Assembly (NCBI GenBank): GCA_002269645.1
Contig: NIVC01002725.1
Coordinates: 62,001 to 126,000, forward strand
Direction of reading: 5' to 3'
Source: Macrostomum lignano
Lineage: Eukaryota
DNA length: 64,000 nucleotides
Below the pieces are notes generated by a model. It was not told the DNA's origin, made no database searches, and saw only the letters and a program-made list of their open reading frames with translations. Positions 62,905 through 64,000 of this stretch are shown piece after piece. Position 1 is the first letter of the stretch. Every line of letters begins with the position of its first letter. Made by a program: the position numbers and the translations under genes.

Positions 62905-64000
62905 CAGATCAGTAGATACAGTAGCGCATGCTTGCACTGCAGCAGCAGCAGGAGCACATGATGCCGTGAATTTGGACGCGATGCAAAGCAACATGCAGAG
63001 GGCAGATGCGAAAGAAAACGACCCATAAAAGCATACACAAATTGTATGGAAACCCCAGCCTTCTGTGGGAACCAAAAGTGACTGTCTTCACTGCATCAGT
63101 AGAAATCTACTCGAGTATTTCTAGAAACAATTAATCATCGATCAATGTCGAAGCAAAGCGTATCTAGAAGAGATAGAAGCTAGAAGACAAGCCACAAAAG
63201 CAGGCAAACAAAACGGCAGTAGCAAACCAAAATCATGCTAAACCGCAGGCGTATAGAAAGAGCTTAGATTAGTGTTTTTCTCTCACTCAGCATTCTAGTT
63301 CTAATCGGTCGCATACTCAAAACTTGCCTATGTAGCTCTGAGGCCTGTGTACAGTTCGGGTGCAGACCCTGTTTCCCATTTACAGTTTGCTACAAGGAAA
63401 AAAGTCTGTCATGACTTTGAGAAAAAGCACAGACAGAGACAGACACCCACACGCGCAAACAGATAGTTTAGATAGATAGCGATTCGACTTTCAGTCAAGG
63501 AGTTCTAACCATAGCAACTGGGGCGGGACAGAGTTACTATGCATACGTATAGATAATAGAGCACTGCATTACCAGCAACATTTAGATAAACCGGATGCAA
63601 TTATAACGTCATTAGTCACAAAGTTGGGCATTAAAATTATTGGCATCAGTAGTATCTCATTGACATTGAACTTTCATGCAGCAATTATATCGTCTATGAT
63701 AATTACAGCTCCCATGCATATTGTCTATATACGTCAGATCCCTTACCAACCTAGAGAGTTTTGTTGTTGAAATTGTTGCTTCTGTTGAATATTCGTTTCT
63801 ACCAGAGATAAAAATTATATGGTTGTACTTTGTAGAAACGTAGTAGTAGTAGTATTGCTTTTGTCAGCCTAACTGAGAATAAAGCCACCCAAAATGAGAA
63901 TCCTGCCTACGCTGACTGCGAAGGGCCTGGCTGCGTGCACCCTTAGTCTATGGGCCATAGACAATAAAGGACAAGCAAAGTGATAAAAAGCCATCCAATG

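Overview
Eukaryotic (metazoan) genomic DNA. GC-richer coding exons are separated by introns filled with private minisatellite and microsatellite arrays. This architecture resembles the flatworm Macrostomum lignano, but the species is inferred, not shown. I assembled five multi-exon genes by hand using canonical splice sites with consistent phases: (1) a Kirre/Rst/SYG-1/KIRREL-type five-Ig transmembrane adhesion protein (+, 8944-22252, signal-peptide exon not found); (2) a complete SLC6 monoamine transporter (+, 28783-40336, 643 aa) with unusual TM1/TM10 substitutions; (3) Rab27 (-, 45057-42695, 230 aa); (4) an unrecognised S/T-P-rich basic protein (-, 48659-45742); (5) an ARHGAP21/23-like RhoGAP (-, 62620-52357, 5' incomplete). 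Mobile elements: a 1.69-kb foldback/Mutator-like element with modular long TIRs and a 9-bp TSD, a Tc1-like relic and a tRNA-derived CORE-type SINE. Most long ORFs in the supplied track are artefacts of tandem repeats. Best leads: the foldback element, inverted minisatellite arrays bracketing the RhoGAP exons (possible circRNA or dsRNA), a minisatellite built from an amplified splice acceptor, the divergent transporter and a possible trans-spliced operon.
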